Positions 1 through 9,329 of a stretch of 64,000 nucleotides of DNA are shown one piece after another. Within the stretch, counting starts at the first letter, position 1, and every line of letters begins with the position of its first letter. Source of the stretch: an uncultured Actinomycetota bacterium. GTDB taxonomy: Bacteria; Actinomycetota; Humimicrobiia; Humimicrobiales; Humimicrobiaceae. A model generated the notes under the pieces. That model saw only the letters and a list, made by a program, of their open reading frames with translations, was not told where the DNA came from and did no database searches. Where the stretch lies: assembly GCA_964423265.1 (NCBI GenBank), contig CAYREF010000003.1, forward strand, positions 1,912 to 65,911, given 5' to 3'. A program made the position numbers and the translations under genes.

Positions 1-534
1 TTTAACATTTTCATCCTCCAACAGTATTTTTAATGCTGGAGGCACAATTTTATGGGTAGAAAAAACAAAAAAATTTCCAAGGTTCTCAGAAGCTGCCCTT
101 TTTAGCACAACGGAGGTCAAAGGGGCTGTAGTCTCAAAGCCAATGGCAATAAATAGAGTGTTTACATTCCTATTTTCCATGGCAAAATTTAGTGCATCCA
201 TGGGCGAGTAGCAGACGGTAATATTTTTTCCGGTTGATTTCAAATCAAGCAGTGAGTCATGTGATCCCGGTACTCTTAACATATCACCAAAAGTAAAAAC
301 TTTCAGATCATAATTTTTTACAATTTCCAGAATCCAATCGATATCATAGATAGAGGTAACACATACCGGGCATCCTGGCCCGCTTATCAAGTTAATATTT
401 TTTGGTAGCAACTGCCGGAGTCCATTTCGGGAAATAGCCATAGTATGGGTTCCGCATACTTCCATGATATTTATGGTCTTATCCAGGGTTAATTTTTGGA
501 TATCGTTAATATATTTATTTAAGCTTTTCCGCAT
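1..534 (-). CDS. hypD: [NiFe]-hydrogenase maturation factor HypD, N-terminal part; runs off the window start
   Basis: Minus-strand translation from ATG at 534: MRKSLNKYINDIQKL...IMEVCGTHTMAI...SGPGCPVCVT...GFETTAP, the canonical HypD N-terminal motifs. The ATG overlaps the hypC stop (ATGCGGAAAAGCTTAAATAA). Confidence 0.85.
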   Translation of the reverse strand, partial: MRKSLNKYINDIQKLTLDKTINIMEVCGTHTMAISRNGLRQLLPKNINLISGPGCPVCVTSIYDIDWILEIVKNYDLKVFTFGDMLRVPGSHDSLLDLKSTGKNITVCYSPMDALNFAMENRNVNTLFIAIGFETTAPLTSVVLKRAASENLGNFFVFSTHKIVPPALKILLEDENVK

Positions 535-742
535 CTAAATATTCCTTCCAGTATCCATGGGTTTTTAATGCTTCTTCCTTATCTATAATTTGGATAGCAA
601 AGCCGGCATGGACAATAACATAATCGCCAACTTTTGCTTCTGGTATTAAGGATATGTCTATTTCCTTGGTTACACCCATGTTTTCAACCTTTGCTGTGTT
701 ATCTTCTATTTTTAAAATTTTTGCTGGGATTGCTAAGCACAT
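515..742 (-). CDS. hypC: Hydrogenase maturation chaperone HypC
   Basis: The ORF contains MCLAIPAKILKIED..., the HypC hallmark N-terminus (Cys2 after Met). The long ORF begins 21 codons upstream, but MCLAIP is the conserved start. It lies 11 nt downstream of hypF. Confidence 0.85.
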   Translation of the reverse strand: MCLAIPAKILKIEDNTAKVENMGVTKEIDISLIPEAKVGDYVIVHAGFAIQIIDKEEALKTHGYWKEYLDAEKLK

Positions 743-752
743 ATTACTCCTT

Positions 753-3116
753 TCATAAATAATTGCTGGCAAGATATGCTTGCCCCAGCGATATCCCGCC
801 ATCATTTACCGGCACTTTAAAATTGGTAAATACTTTAAATTTATTTTCCCTTAAGGTGGTAAAGCATTTTTTTAGTAATAAATTATTCTGGAAAACGCCT
901 CCGCTTAAGGCTATATCCTCTATCCCGTATTTCTCCCTGATTTTCTGGCTAATATCCAGTACTGCCCTGGCAAGGGTATTATGGAATTTAGCTGATATTA
1001 TATCAACAGTTACACCTTTGTGGATGTCTTTTATAATTTGTTCTAAAATATTAAAGTCATCAATTACAAATTTTTCTGCATCCAAATCTATTTTGTAAAA
1101 ATCATCACAACTATCATCGACGGCCATTTCCAAATGGATTGCTGCTTCCCCTTCATAGCTGTTTATGTGGGTGAGGTTAAGCAAGGAGCTAATGGCATCA
1201 AAAAACCTGCCCATGCTTGTAGTGAGGGGAGAGTTGTAACCTGAATCTGCCTGGGAAGCAATAACATTTGCCTCCATATTGCCAAAGATATCTTTATAAA
1301 ATGGGAAATTATCATAAATAAAGGGAATAAAGTTGTCTCCTTTGCCTTTCAATTTTTGGTACTTATAGAGGTAGCTTAAAGCCATCCTGTATGGCTTCCT
1401 GATTGAGATTTCACCGCCGGGTATATATTTTTCCCTGAGATGTCCGATCCTGGAAAACCTGTTTTCTTTAATTAAAAATATTTCGCTTCCCCAAATTTTT
1501 CCGTCATCGCCATATCCGGTGCCATCCCAGGAAAATCCCAATAAGTTGTCTTCAATATTGTTTTCTGCCATTACGCTTGCTATATGAGCTTTGTGGTGCT
1601 GGAATGAATGCCTGGGAATTGATTTGTCAAATTTGGCCGCATATTTTGTAGAACTATAGGCTGGATGATTATCTGTAGCTATGATGTCAATTTGGCTGAT
1701 ATTGAATAAATCCTTATATTTTTCTATTGTTTCTTCAAAAAATAAATTGGACTCTAAAGAACCTAGATCTCCTAAATGCTGGCTTACTATTCCATATCTT
1801 TCCTTGTATATACAAAATGTGTTTTTTTCTTGTGCTCCCAGTGCTAGTATAGTTTTATCTTTTATATCCCTGCTTAGTTTCACGGGATATGGAGAATAGC
1901 CCCGGGCTCTTCTTATAAGCATTTCACGGTTATCAAAAATCTTTACCACTGAATCATCATATCTTGAATATATTTCGCGGTCATGAATTAAAAAATAATC
2001 GCAAATTTCGTTTAATTTTTGCTTGGCCTGGTTATTTTTTGCTGCTATTGGCTCTTCTGTAATATTGCCGCTGGTCATAATCAGGGGTATATCAAGATAT
2101 TTAAAAAGCAAATGGTGGATGGGGGTATAGGGGAGCATTACCCCTTCAAATTGGTGATAGAAAGAGACATATTCAGATAAATATCTAGAATTGCCTTTTT
2201 TAACTAACACTATGGGAGCCCTGGGAGATAACAGGCTGCTTATTTCTCTTCCGGATACTTTGAACTGTTTTTTAACCTCTTCTATGTTTTTAATCATTAC
2301 TGCAAAAGGTTTAAAGGGTCTTTTTTTCCTTTGCCTTAGCTTGCCAACAACATCATCTGAGACAGCATCACAGGCTAGCTGAAACCCTCCCAGGCTTTTT
2401 ATTCCTATAATTTTACCTTCCAGTATTTTTTGGGCTGCCAGGTTAATGGGATTTTCCCCGGACACAGGACTTCCTTTTGAGTCTACCAGGGAAAGCGTAG
2501 GTCCGCATTTATTGCAAGCGATTGGCTGTGCATGAAATCTTCTGTCGCGGGGATCAAAGTATTCATTCTCACATTGGCTACATTTTTTAAATTTTTTCAT
2601 GGTTGTATACGGCCTGTCATAAGGCAGCTTTTCTATTATAGTAAACCTGGGGCCGCAATTGGTACAGTTTGTAAAGGGATATAGATATCTCCTGCTGTCA
2701 TCCTGATTATGTATGTCCTTTATACATTCTTTGCAGGTGGCAAGGTCGGGGGAAATTAACTGAAATTCTTTTTTACCTTTCTTGCTTTTTTCAATAGAAA
2801 ATCTTTCTATGCTGGTAAAAGGTTCTTCTTTTACTTCAATGTTTTCAATTATAGCGGGCGAAGGCTTTCTCTCTTTTATGCTATGGATAAATTTATGTAT
2901 TAATTTTGGAGAGCCATTAGCTGTGATGAGTACCCCTTCTGTAGTATTTGAAACTCTTCCGCTTATTTTATATTCATGAGCCAGGTTGAAAATAAAGGGT
3001 CTAAAACCAACGCCCTGCACTATTCCCAATATTTTAATTTTATAAGTTTTTACTTTATTTTTGGTTTCGGTTTTCATTATTCCATTTAAGATAATAAATT
3101 TTAGATATTTTAGCAA
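753..3116 (-). CDS. hypF: Carbamoyltransferase HypF ([NiFe]-hydrogenase maturation)
   Basis: 787-aa ORF (TTG start at 3116; an in-frame ATG at 3077 gives MKTETKNK...). It has an acylphosphatase motif (GIVQGVGFRPF), two CxxC...CxxC zinc-finger pairs, a YrdC-like region and a Kae1-like C-terminus. It lies in an operon with hypC-hypD. Confidence 0.9.
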   Translation of the reverse strand: MLKYLKFIILNGIMKTETKNKVKTYKIKILGIVQGVGFRPFIFNLAHEYKISGRVSNTTEGVLITANGSPKLIHKFIHSIKERKPSPAIIENIEVKEEPFTSIERFSIEKSKKGKKEFQLISPDLATCKECIKDIHNQDDSRRYLYPFTNCTNCGPRFTIIEKLPYDRPYTTMKKFKKCSQCENEYFDPRDRRFHAQPIACNKCGPTLSLVDSKGSPVSGENPINLAAQKILEGKIIGIKSLGGFQLACDAVSDDVVGKLRQRKKRPFKPFAVMIKNIEEVKKQFKVSGREISSLLSPRAPIVLVKKGNSRYLSEYVSFYHQFEGVMLPYTPIHHLLFKYLDIPLIMTSGNITEEPIAAKNNQAKQKLNEICDYFLIHDREIYSRYDDSVVKIFDNREMLIRRARGYSPYPVKLSRDIKDKTILALGAQEKNTFCIYKERYGIVSQHLGDLGSLESNLFFEETIEKYKDLFNISQIDIIATDNHPAYSSTKYAAKFDKSIPRHSFQHHKAHIASVMAENNIEDNLLGFSWDGTGYGDDGKIWGSEIFLIKENRFSRIGHLREKYIPGGEISIRKPYRMALSYLYKYQKLKGKGDNFIPFIYDNFPFYKDIFGNMEANVIASQADSGYNSPLTTSMGRFFDAISSLLNLTHINSYEGEAAIHLEMAVDDSCDDFYKIDLDAEKFVIDDFNILEQIIKDIHKGVTVDIISAKFHNTLARAVLDISQKIREKYGIEDIALSGGVFQNNLLLKKCFTTLRENKFKVFTNFKVPVNDGGISLGQAYLASNYL

Positions 3117-3201
3117 CTTTAAATGGTATTGTTAAATTTTTTAAGTTAAACTAAATAATTTATTTATGATATACTTTTTAAGTAAATAATAATCTAATTT
3201 T

Positions 3202-3399
3202 TTGCTTATGGCTCCAAAAAAAGTAATGCATTCGTTCAAAATAGAAAAAGACCTAATTGAACGCGCAAAAAAAGAAGCTAAAAGCCAGTCCATGGCTACT
3301 TCTGTATTTATAAGGCAAGCAATAATAGAAAAGCTAGAAAAGAAAAAGAAGCTGGAAGAGCTTGAAGAAAGAATTAAGAAACTCGAAGAAAAAGAATAA
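3202..3399 (+). CDS. Small ribbon-helix-helix (CopG/Arc/ParD-like) DNA-binding protein with a charged coiled-coil tail
   Basis: HSFKIEKDLIERAKKEAKSQSMATSVFIRQAIIEKL fits the RHH beta-strand, helix A and helix B. The C-terminus is KKKKLEELEERIKKLEEKE. There is no adjacent toxin gene. The start may be M at 3226. Confidence 0.5.
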   Translation: MLMAPKKVMHSFKIEKDLIERAKKEAKSQSMATSVFIRQAIIEKLEKKKKLEELEERIKKLEEKE

Positions 3400-3408
3400 T
3401 AGCTTTTT

Positions 3409-4644
3409 TTATTCTTCTATATCTTTTTCAGTTAAATCTTCTGCATCAATTAAAACAATATTTCCCAAGGTAAAGGTATTGTTAAAATCAAATTGCTCAG
3501 ATGAAGAAATTACTAATTCTGTAGAATCTAAATGATCAGTATCTAAAATAGAAATAGTAAAACCTAGTATGTCTTCATCCTGCGGATTGTAATTTGTAAA
3601 ATTATACCACGGTATACTAGCCTCAATTAAATAACCGTTAGATAAACGTGACGACTTAATATCCGCTCCATCTGGGGGAGAATTGGAAGGCCATCTGATA
3701 AAAGCCTCAGCTGCTATGTTGTTAAAGTTGCCAGGAGAGACTTCTATCTGGTAATCATCGCTGTTTAAAAATTGTATTTGGTAATCGCCTTCAAGGTCTG
3801 TATCTAGAACTATGACCACGCTATCCCCGTTGTTTAACTGGTCTCCAGTAAAGGATTGGGAAAATACATCATCGATAACTTCCACTGCAAAGTAAAAATT
3901 ATCATCATCCCAGCATGAATAAAATGTCCCTGAAATATCTGTGTGGCTGGTATAATTTTCTTTTTTAATTGTGGGTACAAAATTTGAAAATTTTTCATAA
4001 ATATCCCACTCTTGGATACTGGCATCTATTATCGGGGGAGTATAGCATTTATATGAGAAAATGGGTTTTCCGTTCACATCATTTTGCTTGCGGTATTGTG
4101 ATTCTGAAAGTATCCTAGCCTTTTTTTCTTCGATATCCTCACTGATTATTATCTCCTCTGATTCCTCCTGCTCATAGTTCACTAAAAAAGAAACTTCATT
4201 AGAAACAGCCACAATTTCATCTTCATCATTTACTGCCTGGGCTTGTATTTCGTATTCTCCAGCTTCTTTTGGGTTCCAGTTGAATTCATAGGGGGGTGCT
4301 GTAAATGTTTTTATTATTTCTCCGTTAAGTAAAACGTTTATATCCATGTTCTTGTTTTCTATTTCTTTTGCTTTAATTTCTATGGGCACACTCTCATTGG
4401 TATTAATAAAATTGTATATCTTACTATCTGTGGGGGAAGCAATAAATACATTATATTCTTCTACAGTTTCTGTTTCTACCGCCGTCTGGGAGAAAAAGTT
4501 TAAGTTAAGCCTGTTATTTATTGCAAAAAAAATAAATAAGGCCAATCCTATTATTATAATAAAAATAATATACGGGAAACGGTCCAGCAGGAAAGTTAGT
4601 TTCTTATATTTATTTTTCATCCTTTTCTTTTTGCCTTTCCTCAA
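3409..4644 (-). CDS. Signal-anchored surface protein: basic N-terminus plus TM helix, Ig-like domain, acidic linker and a CBM9/DOMON-like carbohydrate-binding domain
   Basis: MRKGKKKRMKNKYKK followed by FPYIIFIIIIGLALFIFFAI (TM helix). An Ig-like segment (APPYEFNWNPKEAGEYEIQAQAVN) follows. The C-terminal CWDDDNFYFAVEVIDD is typical of CBM9-like sugar-binding modules. Its start overlaps the stop of the upstream EF-G paralogue. Confidence 0.5.
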   Translation of the reverse strand: MRKGKKKRMKNKYKKLTFLLDRFPYIIFIIIIGLALFIFFAINNRLNLNFFSQTAVETETVEEYNVFIASPTDSKIYNFINTNESVPIEIKAKEIENKNMDINVLLNGEIIKTFTAPPYEFNWNPKEAGEYEIQAQAVNDEDEIVAVSNEVSFLVNYEQEESEEIIISEDIEEKKARILSESQYRKQNDVNGKPIFSYKCYTPPIIDASIQEWDIYEKFSNFVPTIKKENYTSHTDISGTFYSCWDDDNFYFAVEVIDDVFSQSFTGDQLNNGDSVVIVLDTDLEGDYQIQFLNSDDYQIEVSPGNFNNIAAEAFIRWPSNSPPDGADIKSSRLSNGYLIEASIPWYNFTNYNPQDEDILGFTISILDTDHLDSTELVISSSEQFDFNNTFTLGNIVLIDAEDLTEKDIEE

Positions 4645-6697
4645 TTAATTTTTCGGTAAGGTTTGGCGGCAATTCTTCATAATGAGAAAAATTTTGCTTG
4701 AAAAAGCCCCGCCCTTTAGTTATGGAAATTAAATCTATAGCATAATTAAATGTTTCTGCTTGGGGTACATTAGCTTTTATGGTTTGTGTTTTGTTGTCTG
4801 ATGGGGCCATAGAAATTATTTTGCCCCGCCTGGAATTTATATCCCCAATTATGTCTCCCATATATTCTTCAGGAACAATTATTTCAAGTTCCATTATGGG
4901 CTCCAGCAAACAGGGGCTGGCTTGTTGCATACCCTTTTTAAAAGCCATGGATGCAGCAATTTTAAAAGCCATCTCAGAAGAGTCAACGCTGTGGAAGGAG
5001 CCGTCAAAGAGGTTTACGTGCACATTTACTACTGGGTACTTTGCAAGCACACCTTCTTTCATGGCTTCTACTACCCCTTTTTCTACTCCTGGTATATAGC
5101 CTTTTGGAATAGCGCCACCAAAAATAGTGTCTTCAAATTCATAGCCTTCGCCATGCTTTTTAGGTTTCAGCTTCAAGAATACATGGCCATACTGGCCCCT
5201 GCCACCTGATTGTTTTTTGTATTTGTATTCGGTTTCTATCTCCTTTTTTATGGTCTCCTTATAGGCTACTTCTGGGGTTTGCAGTTCAGCGCCTATCTCA
5301 AATTTTTTCTTTAAGCTTTCCTTAACAATGGAAAGGTGTAACTCTCCCATTCCCCATACAAGATTTTGGTTTGTTTCAGAGTCTATTTCTTGTTTTAAAG
5401 TAGGATCTTCCTCAATTAGCCTGGAAAGTCCGCTATTTATTTTTTCTTCATCGCCTTTGGTCAAGGGCACTATGGTTCTGGGAAGGGTGGGTTCAGGGTA
5501 TATCACTTTTTCAATCTCTAATGGATTGTCTTCTAAAGAAATAGTATCATCATTCGAAATTTCAGTTATTTTTGAAACAGCAACTATATCTCCACAGGTT
5601 GCTTTCTCAATTTCAGTCTGTTCTTTGCCCTGTAGGTCAAAAATGTTGGAGAATTTAAAAGATTTTTCTGCTCCTGACACATAATAGCTCTCATTAGCTT
5701 TTATCTGGCCAGAGAAAAGTCTGAATACAGAAAGTTTTCCAATATACGGGTCCGACATGGTTTTAAACACATAGCCGCAAACTGGCCCACCTTCAGTTGG
5801 CTGGATTTCAGCTTCACTGCCATCTGGAATTTTGCTGGCTTTTACAGGATTAGTTTCCAGGGGGGAGGGCATTAGCTGATTTATGTATCCCATTAAAATA
5901 TCAATTCCAAAATTTTTTCCAGAAGATATTGAAAACAGGGGTATTACTTTCCCTTCCATAACAGCCTTTTTAAAATTTTTAGCAATTAATTCACTGCTAA
6001 TATTTTCCCCTTCTAAATATTTGTTTAGCAGTTCATCGTCGGTTTCAACAATTGATTCTATTAATTCATTGTGGTGGCTTTCCGCATTCTCTTTGTATTT
6101 GCCGGCTACCTCCGTTTCTTCACCTTTTGAAGAATCAGTCTTGTAATTAAATGCCTTGTTTTTTAACAGATCAATTACTTGTGAAAAATTTTCACCTGTT
6201 TCTGCCGGAATGGTTATGGGTACTAAATTTATATTGTAATTGTTTTTAACTTTTTCCAGTGAAGCAAAGAAATCCAAATTCTCCTGGTCTAGCTTGTTGA
6301 ACACGCAAAATGTTGGCACTTGCTTTTGTTTAAGCAGCCTTACAATTCTCTCAGAGGTAGCTTGTATTCCTGATTTTGGGTCAACCAGGAATAATGCACC
6401 GTCAATTATTTGGGTGGCGGCATATCCTTTGCCAATAAAGTCTATATAGCCAGGGGTATCTACCAGGTTAATATGGTAGCCGTCCCAGTTGTAATTTAGT
6501 ACGCTGGAATTTATAGAAAAGCCCTTCTCTTTCTCAATAGGGTCATTATCTGATACTGTATTTTTGCTTTCAACATTTCCTAATCTATCGGTAACCCCCG
6601 AATTAAAAAGAAAACATTCAGAGAGTGTTGTTTTGCCTGTGCTATTACCAGAAACCAATCCTATAACTTTCTTTTTATCACCACTTACATTACTCAT
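4610..6697 (-). CDS. EF-G family translational GTPase paralogue (divergent, EF-G2-like)
   Basis: G-domain motifs GNSTGKTT (P-loop), DTPGYIDF (switch II, with Tyr where His is expected) and NKLD; EF-G domains II-V follow. Likely start is ATG at 6697 (GGAGGaaattaATG); the listed ORF extends 33 codons further upstream. Confidence 0.8.
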   Translation of the reverse strand: MSNVSGDKKKVIGLVSGNSTGKTTLSECFLFNSGVTDRLGNVESKNTVSDNDPIEKEKGFSINSSVLNYNWDGYHINLVDTPGYIDFIGKGYAATQIIDGALFLVDPKSGIQATSERIVRLLKQKQVPTFCVFNKLDQENLDFFASLEKVKNNYNINLVPITIPAETGENFSQVIDLLKNKAFNYKTDSSKGEETEVAGKYKENAESHHNELIESIVETDDELLNKYLEGENISSELIAKNFKKAVMEGKVIPLFSISSGKNFGIDILMGYINQLMPSPLETNPVKASKIPDGSEAEIQPTEGGPVCGYVFKTMSDPYIGKLSVFRLFSGQIKANESYYVSGAEKSFKFSNIFDLQGKEQTEIEKATCGDIVAVSKITEISNDDTISLEDNPLEIEKVIYPEPTLPRTIVPLTKGDEEKINSGLSRLIEEDPTLKQEIDSETNQNLVWGMGELHLSIVKESLKKKFEIGAELQTPEVAYKETIKKEIETEYKYKKQSGGRGQYGHVFLKLKPKKHGEGYEFEDTIFGGAIPKGYIPGVEKGVVEAMKEGVLAKYPVVNVHVNLFDGSFHSVDSSEMAFKIAASMAFKKGMQQASPCLLEPIMELEIIVPEEYMGDIIGDINSRRGKIISMAPSDNKTQTIKANVPQAETFNYAIDLISITKGRGFFKQNFSHYEELPPNLTEKLIEERQKEKDEK

Positions 6698-6815
6698 TAA
6701 TTTCCTCCCAAAAATAGACATTAAAATTTTAAAAAGGCTTAAATCATAGAAAAAAATATACCATAAAAACATAGTTGTGTAAAAAAGTTTAACCATTATA
6801 ATAAGGGGGTTGAAG

Positions 6816-6846
6816 TTGTCGAAAGTTTTGGCAGAGTGCTATAATT
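6816..6846 (+). promoter_or_regulatory. Putative sigma-70 promoter with extended -10 (TTGTCG-N18-TGcTATAAT) for lemA-htpX; GGAGG RBS at 6896
   Basis: Sequence reading at the divergent intergenic region between the EF-G paralogue (-) and lemA (+). Confidence 0.35.
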
Positions 6847-6909
6847 TTGATAGGCTTAATGTGTTATAATTTGTTAGGATAAAATATTTACTAATTTGGA
6901 GGAAATTAA

Positions 6910-7479
6910 ATGTTAACGGGCATTATTGTGCTAATCGTAGTGTTGGTTGCTATTATTGTAGCAATACTGCTTACTGTGGTGGGTTATTATAATTCAATAA
7001 TTTCTACCAGGAATAAGGTAGACAATGCCTGGCATCAAATTGATGTGCAGCTGAGAAAGAGATATGACCTTATACCTAATTTGGTAGAAACAGTCAAAGG
7101 ATATGCAGCCCATGAAAAAGAAACCTTACAAAAGGTTACAGAGGCCAGGAATTTTGGTATAAATGCCAATTCGGTAAAGGAGCAGGCTGATGCAGAAAAC
7201 CAAATTACCAGTACCTTAAAATCTTTATTTGCTGTTTCTGAACAATACCCCAACCTTAAGGCTGACCAGCATTTTTCAAGGCTGATGGAACAGTTGAATG
7301 GAATTGAGAGCAATATTGCATATGCAAGGCAATTCTACAATGACATGGTCATGAAGTTTAATACCAAAATACAGACTTTTCCTGGAAATTTCTTTGCCAG
7401 GATGTTTAACTTCAGCCAAAAGGATTATTTTGAAATTACTGAAAGTTCGGCAAGAGGTCCTGTTAAGGTAGAATTTTAA
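6910..7479 (+). CDS. lemA: LemA family membrane protein
   Basis: N-terminal TM helix followed by the LemA signature (NKVDNAWHQIDVQLRKRYDLIPNLVETVKGYAAHEKETL). It is followed by an M48 protease gene, a conserved pairing. Confidence 0.85.
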   Translation: MLTGIIVLIVVLVAIIVAILLTVVGYYNSIISTRNKVDNAWHQIDVQLRKRYDLIPNLVETVKGYAAHEKETLQKVTEARNFGINANSVKEQADAENQITSTLKSLFAVSEQYPNLKADQHFSRLMEQLNGIESNIAYARQFYNDMVMKFNTKIQTFPGNFFARMFNFSQKDYFEITESSARGPVKVEF

Positions 7480-7495
7480 AAGGGGTGTTTGGCAT

Positions 7496-8428
7496 TTGTA
7501 CGAGCAGATAAGCAAAAACCGGATAAAAACCTATTTTATAATAGCCGGGTTTTTAGCTTTTATTGCTGCTATTGGCTATTTTATAGGCATATATCTAGAT
7601 TACAGATATGGAATTAGTGGAAATTATTCCATATTACTTTTGATTTTTGCCCTAATTATTGCAATATTGGCCAGTTTTGCAAGTTATTACAATAGTGATA
7701 AAATTGTATTGAAGTTAACCAGGGCAAAGCCTTTATCCAGGGAAGAAAATCCAAGAGTGTATTACATGGTGGAAGGCTTATCTATTGCTGCTGGAATTCC
7801 CATGCCTAAAATCTATGTTATAGAGGATAGGGGCATGAATGCTTTTGCAACGGGCAGGAATCCCGGCAAGGGGGTAATAGTATTTACCCGCGGTTTGATT
7901 GAAAATTTAAATGACCAGGAGTTAAAGGGTGTGGCTGCGCATGAGCTGTCACATATAAAAAATTATGACATATTATTAGGCACGGTAATAGTAGTTTTGG
8001 TGGGCATGGTTACCATAGCCAGTAATTTTATGCTCAGATCCTTTATATTTGGCGGAAGGAGGAGGTCAAGTAGAAGTTCAGGAGGACCTCTTTCTATAAT
8101 TTTGCTGGTAGTGGGGATTATCCTTATATTGCTTTCCCCTTTAATTGCAGCAGTTATAAGGTTTGCAGTTAGCAGGAATAGGGAATTTTTAGCTGATTCC
8201 AATGGAGCTTTAGTTACCAGGTATCCTGCAGGGCTGGCAAGCGCCTTGAGAAAAATTAACAAAAATAGCGCAGTAGAGACTGCCAATAATGCAACCGCAC
8301 ACCTTTTTATCTCTAATCCAATTGGCAAAAAAGCCAAATCTTTATTTACTAATTTATTTAATACTCATCCTCCCGCTGAAGAAAGAATAAAAAGGCTTGA
8401 GGAGATGTCGCTAGGAGTGGGAGTATGA
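7496..8428 (+). CDS. htpX: M48-family zinc metalloprotease HtpX-like
   Basis: HEXXH motif (AHELSHIKNYD), multiple TM helices, and a TTG start preceded by AAAGGGG. Confidence 0.85.
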   Translation: MYEQISKNRIKTYFIIAGFLAFIAAIGYFIGIYLDYRYGISGNYSILLLIFALIIAILASFASYYNSDKIVLKLTRAKPLSREENPRVYYMVEGLSIAAGIPMPKIYVIEDRGMNAFATGRNPGKGVIVFTRGLIENLNDQELKGVAAHELSHIKNYDILLGTVIVVLVGMVTIASNFMLRSFIFGGRRRSSRSSGGPLSIILLVVGIILILLSPLIAAVIRFAVSRNREFLADSNGALVTRYPAGLASALRKINKNSAVETANNATAHLFISNPIGKKAKSLFTNLFNTHPPAEERIKRLEEMSLGVGV

Positions 8429-8446
8429 GCAGGAGGTGTATATATA

Positions 8447-9328
8447 ATGGAAAAGGGAACTATAAAAGTTAAGGCAGGGCTGGCTGAAATGCTAAAAGGC
8501 GGGGTAATAATGGATGTTACCACGGTTGAGCAAGCAAAAATAGCTGAAGAAGCAGGAGCAGTGTCAGTAATGGCCCTGGAGAAAATACCGGCAGACATAA
8601 GGGCTACAGGTGGAGTGGCAAGGATGACAGATCCTGAAATAATACTGAAAATAATGGATGCTGTATCTATACCAGTGATGGCAAAAGCAAGGATTGGACA
8701 CTTTGGTGAAGCGCAGATACTGCAGTCAATAGGTATAGATTATATAGACGAAAGCGAAGTACTAACCCCAGCAGATGAAAAAAACCATATAAACAAATGG
8801 GATTTTAAAGTTCCTTTTGTTTGTGGTGCTACTAACCTTGGTGAAGCTTTACGCAGGATAGCCGAAGGTGCGGCCATGATTAGGACCAAGGGCGAGGCTG
8901 GAACCGGGGATGTAATCCATGCTGTAAGGCACTTGAGAACCATAAGGGATGAAATAGGAAAAGTTGCTTCTATACCTAGAGAAGAACTTATGTCGGAGGC
9001 GAAGAAGATGGGGGCACCATATGACCTCATTCGCTATGTAGCTGAAAATAAGAAGATTCCTGTAGTAAATTTTTCAGCCGGTGGAATCTCAACCCCTGCA
9101 GATGCTTCCATGATTATGCAACTGGGAGCTGACGGCATTTTTGTAGGCTCAGGGATATTTAAGTCTGAAGATCCAATGAAAATGGCACAGGCCATTGTGG
9201 AAACTACAACCCACTACAGCAATCCTGATGTAGTGGCTAGAGTGTCCAGGGGACTGGGTAATGCTATGACTGGCATATCGGTATCAAACATGGAAGAAAA
9301 AGACATGATCCAGACAAGAGGATGGTAA
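8447..9328 (+). CDS. pdxS: Pyridoxal 5'-phosphate synthase lyase subunit PdxS
   Basis: [42 protein letters not shown]... is a near-canonical PdxS/SNZ sequence. Confidence 0.95.
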   Translation: MEKGTIKVKAGLAEMLKGGVIMDVTTVEQAKIAEEAGAVSVMALEKIPADIRATGGVARMTDPEIILKIMDAVSIPVMAKARIGHFGEAQILQSIGIDYIDESEVLTPADEKNHINKWDFKVPFVCGATNLGEALRRIAEGAAMIRTKGEAGTGDVIHAVRHLRTIRDEIGKVASIPREELMSEAKKMGAPYDLIRYVAENKKIPVVNFSAGGISTPADASMIMQLGADGIFVGSGIFKSEDPMKMAQAIVETTTHYSNPDVVARVSRGLGNAMTGISVSNMEEKDMIQTRGW

Positions 9329-9329
9329 T

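Noticed and set aside
763-1098. 111-aa + strand ORF (and several similar 60-130-aa ORFs at 1681, 2191, 2782, 4779, 4922, 5328, 5883 etc.) lying antisense inside hypF or the EF-G paralogue
   Set aside because: They lie entirely within well-supported genes on the opposite strand, have low-complexity Ser/Leu/Phe-rich composition typical of antisense frames in AT-rich DNA, and have no RBS or recognisable domain.
3400-3440. Bidirectional terminator between the convergent RHH and CBM9 genes (AAGAATAA-tagctttt-TTATTCTT)
   Set aside because: The stem is entirely A/T (8 bp), so stability is doubtful. It is mentioned but not annotated as a feature.
4610-6796. Calling this gene the canonical fusA (EF-G)
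   Set aside because: There is no str-operon context (rpsL, rpsG, tuf). G1 and switch II diverge from EF-G (DTPGYIDF). The 33 N-terminal codons of the long ORF are hydrophobic junk upstream of a good RBS and ATG. It is better described as an EF-G paralogue.
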